From Mobula hypostoma (lineage: Eukaryota), in the NCBI RefSeq assembly GCF_963921235.1, contig NC_086098.1, forward strand, positions 155,558,001 to 155,622,000: a DNA stretch of 64,000 nucleotides. The letters are read 5' to 3'. Under the pieces are notes generated by a model. The model was not told where the DNA came from. It searched no databases and was given only the letters and a program-made list of their open reading frames with translations. A program made the position numbers and the translations under genes. Position 1 is the stretch's first letter; each line of letters opens with the position of its first letter. Of this stretch, positions 50,322-62,159 are shown piece after piece.

Positions 50322-50448
50322 TTGGGTGCCTTAACGCAATTGTGAATGCTGAAATAATTCGTAAAATCACTAATATAAAATGATAGCATTGCTATCCTCA
50401 GAAGCTGTTCGTTATGCTGAGTATTTTTGATTCCAGGATCCACTATAT

Positions 50449-53160
50449 CCCTCATTCAAAAAGGTAGTAGGGATAGTCCCGGTAATTATAGACCAGTGAG
50501 CCTTACGTCTGTGGTCGGAATGCTGTTGGAAAAGATTCTTAGAGATAGGATCTATGGGCATTTAGAGAATCACGGTCTGATCAGGGACAGTCAGCATGGC
50601 TTTGTGAAGGGCAGATCGTGTCTAACAAGCCTGATAAAGATCTTTGAGGAGGTGACCAGGCATATAGATGAGGGTAGTGCAGTGGATGTGATCTATATGG
50701 ATTTTAGTAAGGCATTTGTCAAGGTTCCACACGGTAGGCTTGTTCAGAAAGTCAGAAGGCATGGGATCCAGGGAAGTTTGGGAGGTGGATTCAGAACTGG
50801 CTTGCCTGCAGAAAGCAGAGTTTCGTGGTGGAGGGAGTACATTCGGATTGGAGGGTTGTGACTAGAGGTGTCCCACAAGGATCTGTTCTGGGACCTCTAC
50901 TTTTCGTGATTTTTATTAACGACCTGGATGTGGGGGTAGAAGGATGGGTTGGCAAGTTTGCAGACGACACAAAGGTTGGTGGTGTTGTAGATAGTGTAGA
51001 GGATTGTCGAAGATTGCAGAGGGACATTGATAGGATGCAGAAGTAGGCTGAGAAGTGGCAGATGGAGTTCAACACGGAGAAGTGTGAGGTAGTACACTTT
51101 GGAAGGACAAACTCCAAAACAGAGTACAAAGTAAATGGGAGGACACTTAGTAGTGTGGAGGAGTAGAGGGATCTGGGAGTACATGTCCACAGATTCCTGA
51201 AAGTTGCCTCACAGGTAGATAGGGTATTAAAAAAGCTTATGGGGTGTTAGCTTTCATAAGTCAATGTCACAATGGGGGGGGGGGGGCTTGGGAACGGACC
51301 CAAATGCAAAACACAGACACTGAAGTACAAGGAACAGGACTTGACTAGAGTAGGGACGCGACAGGATATAGACAAGGAGCAGGGACAAGAACGCAGACTT
51401 GGGTTAGGACATGGACTAGACAGGGAACCTGGACAAGGAACTATGAACTAGGAGCCTGGGCTAGGGAAAGTGGGACCAGGACTTGGAACCATGAACTTAG
51501 AGCCTGGGCTTGAGACTCCGAGCAAGAGACTGGACAAGGACCCAGCACCTAGGTCTTACCTCGGGCTCAGACCCCAGAATTTAGGCAAGGACATGACATG
51601 GCTACAGGACAGGACGTGGCTAGGGTCTTGATCTTGAGGCTGCAGGCTGGGGTCTTGGATCTTGAGGCTGCAGGCTGGGGTCTTGGATCTTGGAGCTTGC
51701 AGGCTGAGGTCTTGGCTCTTGAAACTTGCAGGCTAGGATCTTGGGTCCTAAGGTTGCAGGCTGGGAGCTGGGGTCTTGGAATGCGGAGGCTGATAACTCG
51801 GAGGCTGGAGCTCGGAGACGGACTGGGAACTCTACATCAACAGAGAGCCGGAACTTACCCTTCGAAAAGCTGGAACTCATCTTTAACTCGACACTAACAT
51901 GAGACTGGACAGTACATAGACATAGAGCCGGGACTCATCCATAGACAAGCTGGGACTCAACTTTATCTCTACACCAAGGTGGGACACGTGCACTTGTTGA
52001 GTAACGGCACAACGGCCGGACTTATCCCACGGAGGCGAGGACAAGACAAGACAGATCCCCCCGCAGGGCAGCGGCAGAACAGCCTGGCTTACCCCCCACG
52101 GAGGAAAGGACAGGAAGAGACAAACACCAAATAACGACAGACAGTTCCATCTCTGCTCCGGGGAAGCTCCGAGTTTCCGTTCGGCCAGCAACCTCAGCTG
52201 GCTACGGAAACGGCCAGATCCCTACCTAGTTCGGAGCGGCTGCAGCCACTCAGCTGGCCTGGAGACAGCCGACTCCATACCGCAAACACAGCTCCGACTA
52301 CTGACAGGAAGCCTCCATGAGGGGATGGTTCCACAACGCGGCCTAGAGATGGCAAGTGGCCGCTCTAGCCTTCCACTGGCAGGTTGCTCCGAGTGGATCT
52401 TGACAAGACAAACCAGCAGCCCACACTCAACCCCAAGGCTACTTATATTCCAAACCGCAAGATGGGAATCAGGTGCCTATGATTAACTCAGACAAAACAA
52501 GGGACAGCTGGAAGACATGGAGTTCTGAGTACAGAGACTGGACCGTGAACCGGGATGCGGACTTCACGGACCAGACCATGACAGTCGAGGGGTAGAGTTT
52601 AAGAGTCGCGGGGTAATAATGTAGCTCTACAAAACTCTGGTTAGGCCACACATGAAGTACTGCGTCCAGTTCTGGTCGCCTCACTATAGGAAGGATGTGG
52701 AAGCACTGGAAAGGGTACAGAGAAGACTTACCAGGTTGCTACCTGGTTTAGAGAGTATGCATTATGATCAGAGATTAAGGGAGCTGGGGCTTTACTCTCT
52801 GGAGCGAAGGAGGATGAGAGGAGACATGATAGAAGTATACAAGATATTAAGAGGAATAGACAGAGTGGACAGCCAGCGCCTCTTCCCCAGGGCACCACTG
52901 CTCAATACAAGAGGACATGGCTTTAAGGTGGGAAGTTCAAGGGGGATATTAGAGGAAGGTTTTTTTACTCAGAGAGTGGTTGGTGCATGGAATGCACTGC
53001 CTGAGTCAGTGGTGGAGGCAAAACACTAGTGAAGTTTAAGAGACTACTAGATAGGTATATGGAGGAATTTAAGGTGGGGTGTTATATGGGAGGCAGGGTT
53101 TAAGGGTCGGCACAACATTGTGGGCCGAAGGGCCTGTACTGTGCTGTATTCTATGTTCTA
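50449..53160 (+). mobile_element. CR1 LINE (RT plus 3' end), unit B only, split by a solo LTR
   Basis: [27 protein letters not shown] motifs and ctatgttcta tail. Confidence 0.88.
51265..52583 (-). mobile_element. Solo LTR nested in CR1
   Basis: TGTCACA...CCATGACA ends, 5-bp TSD GTCAA/GTCGA. Strand inferred. Confidence 0.8.
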
Positions 53161-54067
53161 TATTCTGCTTCAGATTTTCAACATGAGTTAAGTTTTATGC
53201 AGAAACTAATATATGCTCGAAACGCACAGAAACTGTGCCTAAATGGGATCCAGTCCCAGTTAGGACACAAGCAACACGCATTTATATGACCACAAAGTAG
53301 GAAGTTTAGAATGAGCATGACCACAATTTTGTTTATTGGAAACGAGTGATAAACATCAGAAGGGCGAAGAGCAGTTTGGAATCGCCATATCTCCATGGTT
53401 ACCAATTTCATCAGTTCCATTGTATCCTCTAGGAATCTGTTAAGGTAGCTCTCCTGCGTTTTCAGTCCCCATGTTAATTAACTATCAGATAAGGAGAGAT
53501 TTCTCATATGCTTATTTCCACCACGCCTGTATATTGAAACAGCACTTTATTGTATCCTCCTCACAACCCACAATGCAAACCATTTGGATGTGCTGCATTT
53601 GCCCTCCGTATACAGATCAATGACGTAGATTGTGAACAGCAGTGATGGTAGCTCTGAAACGATTACCCAAACAAAACGAACCCTTAACCCTTACACCCTG
53701 TCAATATATTATCTCTAATACAGTATTTTTTTGTTTCCATTCGAAGGACTTCTGAAAGTGCAAAATACACAATGCTATTGATTATACCTTCCGCATTGTG
53801 CTACTAACAGCCTTCAATAAACCAGCTCAACGTTAATCCCCATTTATAAATCCATGCTGATTCTGTCTATTCCTATTATTATTTTCCAAATGCCTTCTTA
53901 CCGGTTCCTTAATTATAGATAGCTACCCTAGTATTACATTATTTTCCTCCCATTGATGTGCAGTTGAATTGCTTGTAGTTGCTAGCTTACGCTTGCCCCC
54001 TTTTCTCTAAATGATGGGGTTCAAATGGCAATCTTCGAAAGAACAGGAAACGCTCTAAACTTTAGAG

Positions 54068-56715
54068 CAGGTTTTCTCAACCGGAGTTCTGCGGAAACCT
54101 AGGGTACTGCGAGTGGTCGCTAGGACTTCTTGAGAGATGATGATTTAAAACAAAAAGTTTTTTTGAAATTCGAACAACTCAAGATGCTGGTGGTTGGCAG
54201 TGACCGTTAGCAATCTCCTTAGAGGTCTCTCAGCCCAGTATGGCAGTGCGCAGTAGGAACGTGTTTATTTGCTTGAGTCCATTCACAGTTTTTGACGCGT
54301 GATAGGGGAGGCCTTTGATAATTGGTGAGTGATGTATTGCACGGGGGTGAGGCTGGTAGGCTAATGAGGAGCGTGAAGTGTGGTCTCCGAGCATCGAGTG
54401 AACTCTCCCAACTTGGGATGTGACGTCAGCCTCCCCCTCACGAATTTACTCCCACCCCAACTTCCCCTGACGTGCGCCAACTACTTATGGGAGCGAACAA
54501 GCTACGAGTGTAGAGGTAATTGGAGAGAAATTTTCATCCTAAAGAACGAATCTTTAGACTCAGCTGCTGGCTTGCCGCTTTGCAGTTGTTGTCAACGTTG
54601 CGAAAGGTGGATTGTGTAGGTTAGAAGTGAATTGTATTGTGAACCCGTCCTGCTGAAGGGTTTCAGCTCGAAACGTCGACTGTACCTTTTTCCATAGATG
54701 CTGCCCTGCCTGCTGAATTCCTCCAAAATTTTGCGTGCGTTGCTTGTATTTCCAGCAGATTTTCTCATATTTGTCTTTTATGAAATTTTCGTATTTTTGC
54801 GGTTATCTCGTTCAGTTATTTGTAACGATGTTCTTATTTTGCCGTTCTTTTTATAAAGTCTTTCTTTACAATAAAAGCTACTGATCAGTGACATATCGGG
54901 GGGCGCTGGGAGCGGACCCAAATACACGACACAGACAACGAAGTACTAGGACAGGACTAGGTGTGTCAAGCAAGCAAGGGAAGTGAGGAAGAAACGGCGC
55001 TGGACAGGACACTGGCCCTGGACGAAGCTAGGATACAGGGCCTGGGCTAGGACTAGACGAGGAAAGCGGGACCTGGACGAGGAACTAGGAACTTGGAACC
55101 TGGGCAAGGACTCCGAGCCAGAGACTGGACAGGGACCGGGAACCTGGGTCTTGACTCGGGCTCGGACCACGGATCTAGGCGAGGACAAGACTTGGTTACA
55201 GGACGAGGAGTGGCAACAGGACGGGACGTGAGACTCCCGGACAGGATAATGGGGAACCACAGCACAGGATGAGGGAACCTCAGCACCGGGCTGGGCGTGG
55301 CACATGGACAGGGGGAGAACAGGAACGCAGAGACTTGGTCGAGGGAGAACAGGAACGCAGAGACTTGCTCGAGGGAGAACAGGAACGCAGAGCCTTGGTC
55401 GAGGGAGAAGAGGAACGCAGAACAGAGCCTTGGTAATCTTGGGAGACAGGAACGCAGAACACAGAGCCTTGGTCTTGAGAGACAGGAACATGGAACATAG
55501 AGCCGAGACTCCTCCTTGGGAGCAGGACGTAGGGCCGGGACTCATTCACAGAATGCTGAACACGATGAGACATTTCACAACCAAGGTAGCGGCAAACGGC
55601 CGGACCTACCTTGCGAAGGCGTGGACACAGAGACTATTCCCAACTCAAGATAGTGGCAAACGGCCGGACTTACCTAGTGAAGGCGAGGACACAAAGAGGC
55701 ACTTCCAAACAACGAAAGACAGTCCTTATCTAGACACAGCAAGGCCCCGGTCTTGCCCTGGCGGTTGAACTTGACGGCGTTACAGGCGAGGACAGAGGCG
55801 AAGGTAACAGGCGAGACTTCAGAAGGAAGGGGAAGGGGAGGGAACAGTTCAGGAAATGAAGCTGAACCCAGGAGCTATTTATGTAGCCAGCCCAAAATCA
55901 GAATCATGTGCCTCAATTAAGGCACACAACAGGACAAGGGAAAACTGGAAAACCTGGAATACGGATCGATGGACGGACTGTGAACCGGAATGCGCACTTC
56001 ACAGACTGGACCATGACAATCAGAGGGTTTTACATGGACTGGTGATCCACGTTGTCCTATTCCATTGTGCCTAGTCTATGGCAAACAACTTACAACTGAA
56101 TCAATGGTTCCAGCAAAACTGAAAAGTCAGTTAACTACAAAGCACAGTCATAAGACATGCAAAAATGTTGATTATTCTAATCGGCTATTGGAATCACAAA
56201 ACAAACAGACTAAAGCTTTTGTTAATAAGTCAGTCAGTAAAAGTTTCAGAAACAAGCTATTACCCAGAAGAGAAAATGTCACACAGTTGGTGATAACCTA
56301 ATAATACCAGCATGTAAAATTATCATTGGTAAATTGCCAGGACAAGATTCAGTACGAGAAATTGAAATAATTTCACCCACAAACAGTACGATAGTCGATG
56401 TATTGATGACACGTCACAGGATGATGAAAAGGTTTTGTGTGATAAGCTGAAAAACAACAGATACTCTATCCAGGTTGATGAGTCAATAAATTTCACCAAT
56501 GAATGTTATGTTGTGGCATTTGTAAAATTTATAAATAATGGTGAAATTCAAGAAAACTTTTTGCGTTACAAAGTGCTGCCCGAAACAAGCAAAGGCCAAG
56601 TTATATCTAGTGTTTGGTCTTCATATCTGGAAAAAAAGTGTCTGTCTTGGGGGAACTGTGTTGACATTGATTGTGCCCCATCAATGGCTGGTTCCATGAG
56701 AGGTTTCGTTTCTCT
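54068..56715 (+). mobile_element. hAT (Buster/ZBED5-like) transposase remnant, unit B copy, truncated on the right
   Basis: Same left end as 22982. Transposase pieces MVPAKLKSQLTT, YSIQVDES, DCAPSMAGSMRGFVSLVK. Confidence 0.8.
54889..56018 (-). mobile_element. Solo LTR nested in the hAT element
   Basis: TG...CCATGACA ends, perfect 5-bp TSD ATCAG, internal 30-bp repeats. Strand inferred. Confidence 0.8.
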
Positions 56716-57346
56716 TGTGAAACCCACTTTTTCTGACCGTCTCCGGAAAACCGGCTCGTTCGTGCCTCACTAATAGCCATTGGATTCCGTGGCGATAAAT
56801 CCACCTTTCTCCAGCTTCGTACGTTTAGGGTGTATGCAACGTTGGTCCATCCAAACCCCAGTTGTGAGAATGCTGTGTGATTTACTGCTCACGGCAGGAA
56901 ATAACAGATCGTATACCACGTACAACTTATAAAGTATATTTAAGAATGTTAATTTTTGTCACAAATCTCCACATAATATTTATCTGAGGTATACACTTAT
57001 AGAACGGAGAGGAAAGAAGGAGCAATCGAAAGAAGAAAACTATGCCCCCAGTAAATTTTCCGTCAAAAGTCCCGGAATTCTTCTCACTTCAGTTCCTAGT
57101 AGCAACCGCTCAGTCTGAGACTGGGGCCATGGTTGTGGACTATCATCTTGGAAAGTCTCTTGTCGTCATGCAGCGTGTTACGATCTGTTGGAATTTTAAA
57201 CTTCACCGAGATCTCCCCTTAAATACTCGTAAATTCTGGAGAAAACACACACATTATTCTCATATGGTGAGTTTACTGTCCCTGGAGCTAGTCTGGTGAA
57301 TATTTGTTGAAACCCCTCCATCTTTTCAAGCAGCGATATCAAAACT

Positions 57347-59070
57347 TGTTGCAATAGGGCATTGGTGGCAAGGATGGACCCAAATGCAAGACACATCCTG
57401 TGAGGTTACTTAGATTTAGTTTATTGTTCGATACCAGGAGAGCAAGGCAGGAGCAGGAGTAACGAACTGGACAAGGACTCAGGACTATGACTAGGCTGGG
57501 ACTAGGGGTCTGGGCTTGGACTCGGAATCAGCTCCCAGAACTAGAGGAGACATATAGAGGCTAGGGAATGGACTCCGAGCCCGAGACTGGGCAAGGACCC
57601 AGTACTTGGGTCTTGCGACGGGCTCGGACCCCAGAACCACGCAAGGACATAACATGGGCTAGGGAGAGGAGGAACATGGGAACACAGAGCCTCGGTCTCG
57701 GGAGAGCAGGTACATGGAATCATGGACACATACACAGACCACAGAGTCGGGACCCCTCCTTGGGTATAGGACATAGGGCCGGGACTCACAAACAGAACAT
57801 AGAGCCGGGACCCCTCCTTGGGTGCAGGACATAGGGCCGGGAGTCATGACCCCCCGCGGGGCAACGGCAAGACGGCCAGACTTACCTCACGGAGGCGAGG
57901 ACCAGACAAGACCAACACGAAAGAACACCAGACAGTACCTATCTAGCTCCAGCGATAGAACTAGACCGAAGTGCAGGCGAGGACTGGAGGCGAGAGGGGC
58001 AGGGAAGTGATTCAGACAGCAGGGTAGGACAGGAATCACAGACCGCCAGCGCCAGGACTTGGCTCGGAACTTGGAAAACGCCAGGGCCAGGACTTGGCTC
58101 GGAACTTGGAAGCCGCCAGGGCCAGGACTTGGCTCGGAACTTGGAAGCCGCCAGGGCCAGGACTTGGCTCGGAACTTGGAAGCCGCCAGGGCCAGGACTT
58201 GGCTCGGAACTTGGAAGCCGCCAGGGCCAGGACTTGGCTCGGAACTTGGAAGCCGCCAGGGCCAGGACTTGGCTCGGAACTTGGAAGCCGCCAGGGCCAG
58301 GACTTGGCTCGGAACTTGGAAGCCGCCAGGGACAGGACTCGACTCGGAACTTGGAAGCCGCCAGGAACAGGACTCGACTCGGAACTTGGATGCCGCCAGG
58401 ACCGGGACTCGACTCGGAAACTGGATGCCGCCAGGACCGGGACTCGACTCGGACACTGGATGCCGCCAGGACCGGGACTCGACTCGGACACTGGATGCCG
58501 ACAGGACCACGACTCGACTCGGAAATTGGATGCCGCCAGGACCGGGACTCGACTCGGAAACTGGATGCCGCCAGGCACGGGACTCGACTCGGAACTTGGA
58601 TGCCGCCAGGGCCAGGACTCGATTCGGTACTTGGATGCCGCCAGGTAGTGGCGAGCTCTCGACTCGGCCCGGGAACAGTAGACAGCGGTTCTTGATTCCC
58701 TACGGCGGGTTAACTGACGGACCCACCTCGGTGAGGAAACTTTGCAGGCTCGCTTTGGCGAGGTAACTTGACAGGGTTGCTCCGGTGAGGAAAGGCAAAT
58801 TACCGGCACTCGCTTTGGGCGGAGACTAGGCTTGCTCCGGCCAGATGACATTGGCACGCCATACCTTTGGTGAGTTCGCAGACGCTCTCGCGCCGAACGG
58901 CTGAAAGGCGGTGACTATAAACTACCTGTTCAGCCGGGAGTAAATTGCCTTCAATCACCAAGGCCGAGGAACACGGGAAAACAGGGAACTAAAGGGAAAT
59001 AGGGAGTCAACGGTTCGGATTGTAACATAAACAAACTAGATTTAAAGGGACCCCGATCCGGACCATGACA
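57347..59070 (-). mobile_element. Solo LTR with internal 35-bp tandem array
   Basis: TGTTGCA...CCATGACA ends, TSD AAACT/AAAGT. Strand inferred. Confidence 0.8.
58043..58645. repeat. 35-bp minisatellite, about 17 copies
   Basis: Unit GCCGCCAGGGCCAGGACTTGGCTCGGAACTTGGAA. Explains the overlapping repetitive ORFs at 57887-58857. Confidence 0.9.
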
Positions 59071-59110
59071 AAAGTGCAGAATGACGTCACCATTCGTGTA
59101 CTAAGGTCTC

Positions 59111-62100
59111 CTCCTCAATCACGGGGAGGTTAGCGAAAGGCAGCATGTACCACATGTGCAGCACATTATCCTTCAAATCCGTATTCTTCCTCATTCCCTC
59201 GATCAGTAGCTGCTGTTTAAGTTTCTCCAAACTGAAACATTTAGCTGGGGCCACCCCTTCAGCCTCCTGCAGTCGAGACGTCAGCTTCTTCGGGGATTCC
59301 TTCAACTCTCGCCACAGCCTCCGCAGTTCTGACTCAGGGTTCTTGGCCATCTCAATCCGGGACGCAGTTACCCCACCAGCTTCTTCCACCCTGACCTGAA
59401 AAGCAGCAGTTAAAGAATGTTCAGCCTCCGGTTGTTTCTTCCTGAGGACGTCTTCCAGGTCAACTTTCAGTTTTTCCACTTCATTTAAACTCCCGATAGT
59501 CATCTTCAGGTTACTTTCAAGCGTCCGACTCCCTTTTCTGAGATCCGTCCTCCATTTCTTCACCTCCTCGGGAGTGTAGTCAAACTCCCCTCCCTGGGCT
59601 CTCGGTTTTCTGCTGGCCTTAGTCAGAACATTTCCTTGATCTTCCCCAACTTGTAAGTCTTCCAATCTTTCCTGAATCGACGTCTTGATTTCCCACTGAT
59701 CCCTTCGAAAGTGGGTCATTGTTTCTTCTCGCTGGATTAATTCATCAGTACATGTCCGCAGTGTCGGCTCGGAATTCCGTTGCTCCTTCTCCACGTTGAC
59801 GAGTGTGAATTCCAAGTCTGCAATGGTCGTCCCACAAACGTGGCACTCAGTCTCCGACCGGCATTTCTGAGCACACAGTTCAGCGGTGCAAATCCCTTCT
59901 CTCCTCTGTGTCTCATTCAGATTGACGACACGGTTTCTATCCTCAGGTCCACCACCGTCTGTTCCAACACCAGGAAGTTCAACTGGTATGTCGGGTCATT
60001 TTTCTCACGTTGTACCAAACTCCTCCGGCCAAAAACTCCTCCACAATTTACACTTCACTTCTGTCGCCCGGGCTCAGCCACTCGCCTCGCTTCATAATCC
60101 CCCCCATTCGAATCCAAGCTCTAGGCAGTCGTCCACATACGCCAAAACTCCACACACCTTTACTTCCCCCATGGTCTTCCTCATGCCCCGCGGGAAGGAT
60201 GCAGGGGCTCCGGATATGCCCTTGGGCATCTTTTCGGATTGGAAGAATCCTAGGGAACTAATACCGGCCGTCGTCGGCTCGACAGCCGCACTCCTCGGGA
60301 TCTGGCAACATCCACTCCTCAGATCCAGCACATTAAACCACGTCGCATAATCCTCACACACGCTGCCTTCATCTTCCACGCCGCTAGGGTCTCTCACTGC
60401 GGTGTCTTCAGCGGTCAACTCCCCTCCCTCGTGGTAGTTCGGAGCATCTACTAAGAGGGTCTCACCCTCAGCTCCTTTCCCCAGGCCGTACCACCGCTGG
60501 GTCTCGTTTAAATTCGGTACCGGCTCAAGGCTGCTACACGCGTCCTCAGAAGCAACTCGACACGCTGGGTGCCCAGGCAATGCCCCCATGAACTCCAGGG
60601 TCACTAAACAATCATCGTCTTCTGGATAACTACTGGGACTAGCACCCAAAATCTCCGGTGCCCTTGCAGTTGTCAAGGGTAAATACTTCAGACACCGGTT
60701 GTAAAACGAACTGTACAACAACTTGACCTGCGCCCCGGGGTCGAGGGTGGCTTTAACATCGCTTCCCTCTATCTATAACGATACCCTGGGGCGTGGTCGC
60801 TCTAAGCCTTCAGGAATAGGGTCTTTTCCTTGCGGGAGTTCATTGGCACATTGCTGGGAACCTGCTTCCCCAGTGACCACAAGCCGTTCCCCCACTGGGC
60901 CTCCACTAAGTTTCCCGACACCTCTCTGATCAGCTGAACAACTGAACGAGGGGCTGATTCCCTGAAATGATCCCCCTGGCACTGCAAGCAATTAAGCCGC
61001 CCTCCTAGCCAGAGAAGACACACTGAAATCTTTCCCCCTTCTTTCAAATAACTGACAGCTGCACTACGGTGTAAGTGAACCTGACAGCTCTAACACCGTC
61101 ACCAGCCCGCCTACTCAAACTTGCAACCAATCCCTGTCGCTCTCCCTCAACCGAGCACTGCCACTCCTCTAACAACTGAGAGATCCGCTCTGCTCGCGTC
61201 TCGCACGCCTCCGCCCCTCTCCCCAACGCCAGGCGGAGCCTGCCAGAGCTAGAACATTTATTCGCAGACCCTACCTCCAAATCAGACCACTCTCTCCTCT
61301 CTCTTCCAACAGCATGGACAGCCCCGAGTGCCACCTCCAACTCGTCAATGCCAGCCTGAACTCGACCAAAGACCGCACCCACAACGCATGCAGCAATCAC
61401 CAGCAAATAACCTACAGAGACACATATTACAGATTTAAACAGGCCACCCACACAGCATACCAGTGGACCCAATCCCAGACAAAGCCCACATAGTGTAGCC
61501 CCCCCTGGCCACTCTCAGGGTCGCTCAGCTCGCTGTCTTCCAGGGAAACAGCCTCGGCCCCGCCAAAGTGGGTACTTAGTTTGTGTGGATGCTGTGTGAT
61601 GTACCCCACCCCGCCCAAATAACAGACAATACACCAGATACAATTAAATGATTTACAGTTTATAGATATTACTGGAACTATATAATTAATAGAGAATAAA
61701 ATATATCAGGAAAATAAAAGGCGCCACACTTATCAAAGTTCAATCTCTTCGTGCACAAACATTTGGAGCTCGGGACCCTTCTTCTTCACCCTGCGACCCC
61801 TCGGACTACCTCGACCGGCCGCCTGGGACCAACAACGATGGTCGACCAGACGCTCCACACGAGTCCGTCTCCGTCTCCTCGATGAACACCCTCCTCGGGT
61901 CAGACCCCGTTAGCGGACATCACAGCACCTGGTCCATTCTCTGTCTCTCTCTCCCGCATTCTCCCCCAAAACCCCACGCATACAGTATCTTCAAATACTC
62001 CAAAACCATAACAGCTATCCCAATTGGTTCATAACATCTTCTTATCAGTAACGTGATTCAACAAACTGCTAGCGGGAAGGACTTTCTCACCGTTTAACAT

Positions 62101-62159
62101 AACAAAGAAGCATTCCCAAGTAGAACATAACAAAGAAGCCATTTTAAATTTCACATACA
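59111..62159 (-). mobile_element. Deleted Gypsy retrotransposon with PNMA-like gag; one LTR (61595-62159), 3' end truncated
   Basis: LTR ends TGTATGTG...ACATCACA. gag remnant QLLEEWQCSVEGERQGLVASL, protease KATLDPGAQV, RT WFNVLDLRSG...GISGAPASF...AYVDD, RNase H remnant EKNDPTYQLNFLVL. Confidence 0.8.
59199..59900 (-). other. Captured intronless sarcomeric myosin heavy-chain rod fragments (MYH16-like) inside the Gypsy element
   Basis: AELCAQKCRSETEC...IADLEFTLVNVEKE...LEDLQVGEDQGNVLTKA...RTLESNLKMTIGSLNEVEKLKVDLEDVLRKK aligns without gaps to the myosin II S2 region. Followed by RVEEAGGVTASRIEM and KKLTSRLQEAE...SLEKLKQQL. Confidence 0.8.

Larger units (their letters stand above)
28218..56715 (+). 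repeat. Segmental duplication unit B (IgL cluster 2 plus flanks)
   Basis: Colinear with unit A across promoter, gene, 3' flank and hAT element. Confidence 0.85.

Noticed and set aside
58043-58645. CRISPR-like regular repeat
   Set aside because: Head-to-tail units with no unique spacers, in vertebrate DNA; a minisatellite.
57887-58857. Long overlapping ORFs, also at 16672-17168, 19467-20354 and 54946-55768
   Set aside because: Artefacts of stop-poor tandem repeats inside LTRs.
295-62159. Orientation bias of LTR elements (about 7 minus vs 2 plus)
   Set aside because: Small sample, and solo-LTR strands are inferred by analogy.
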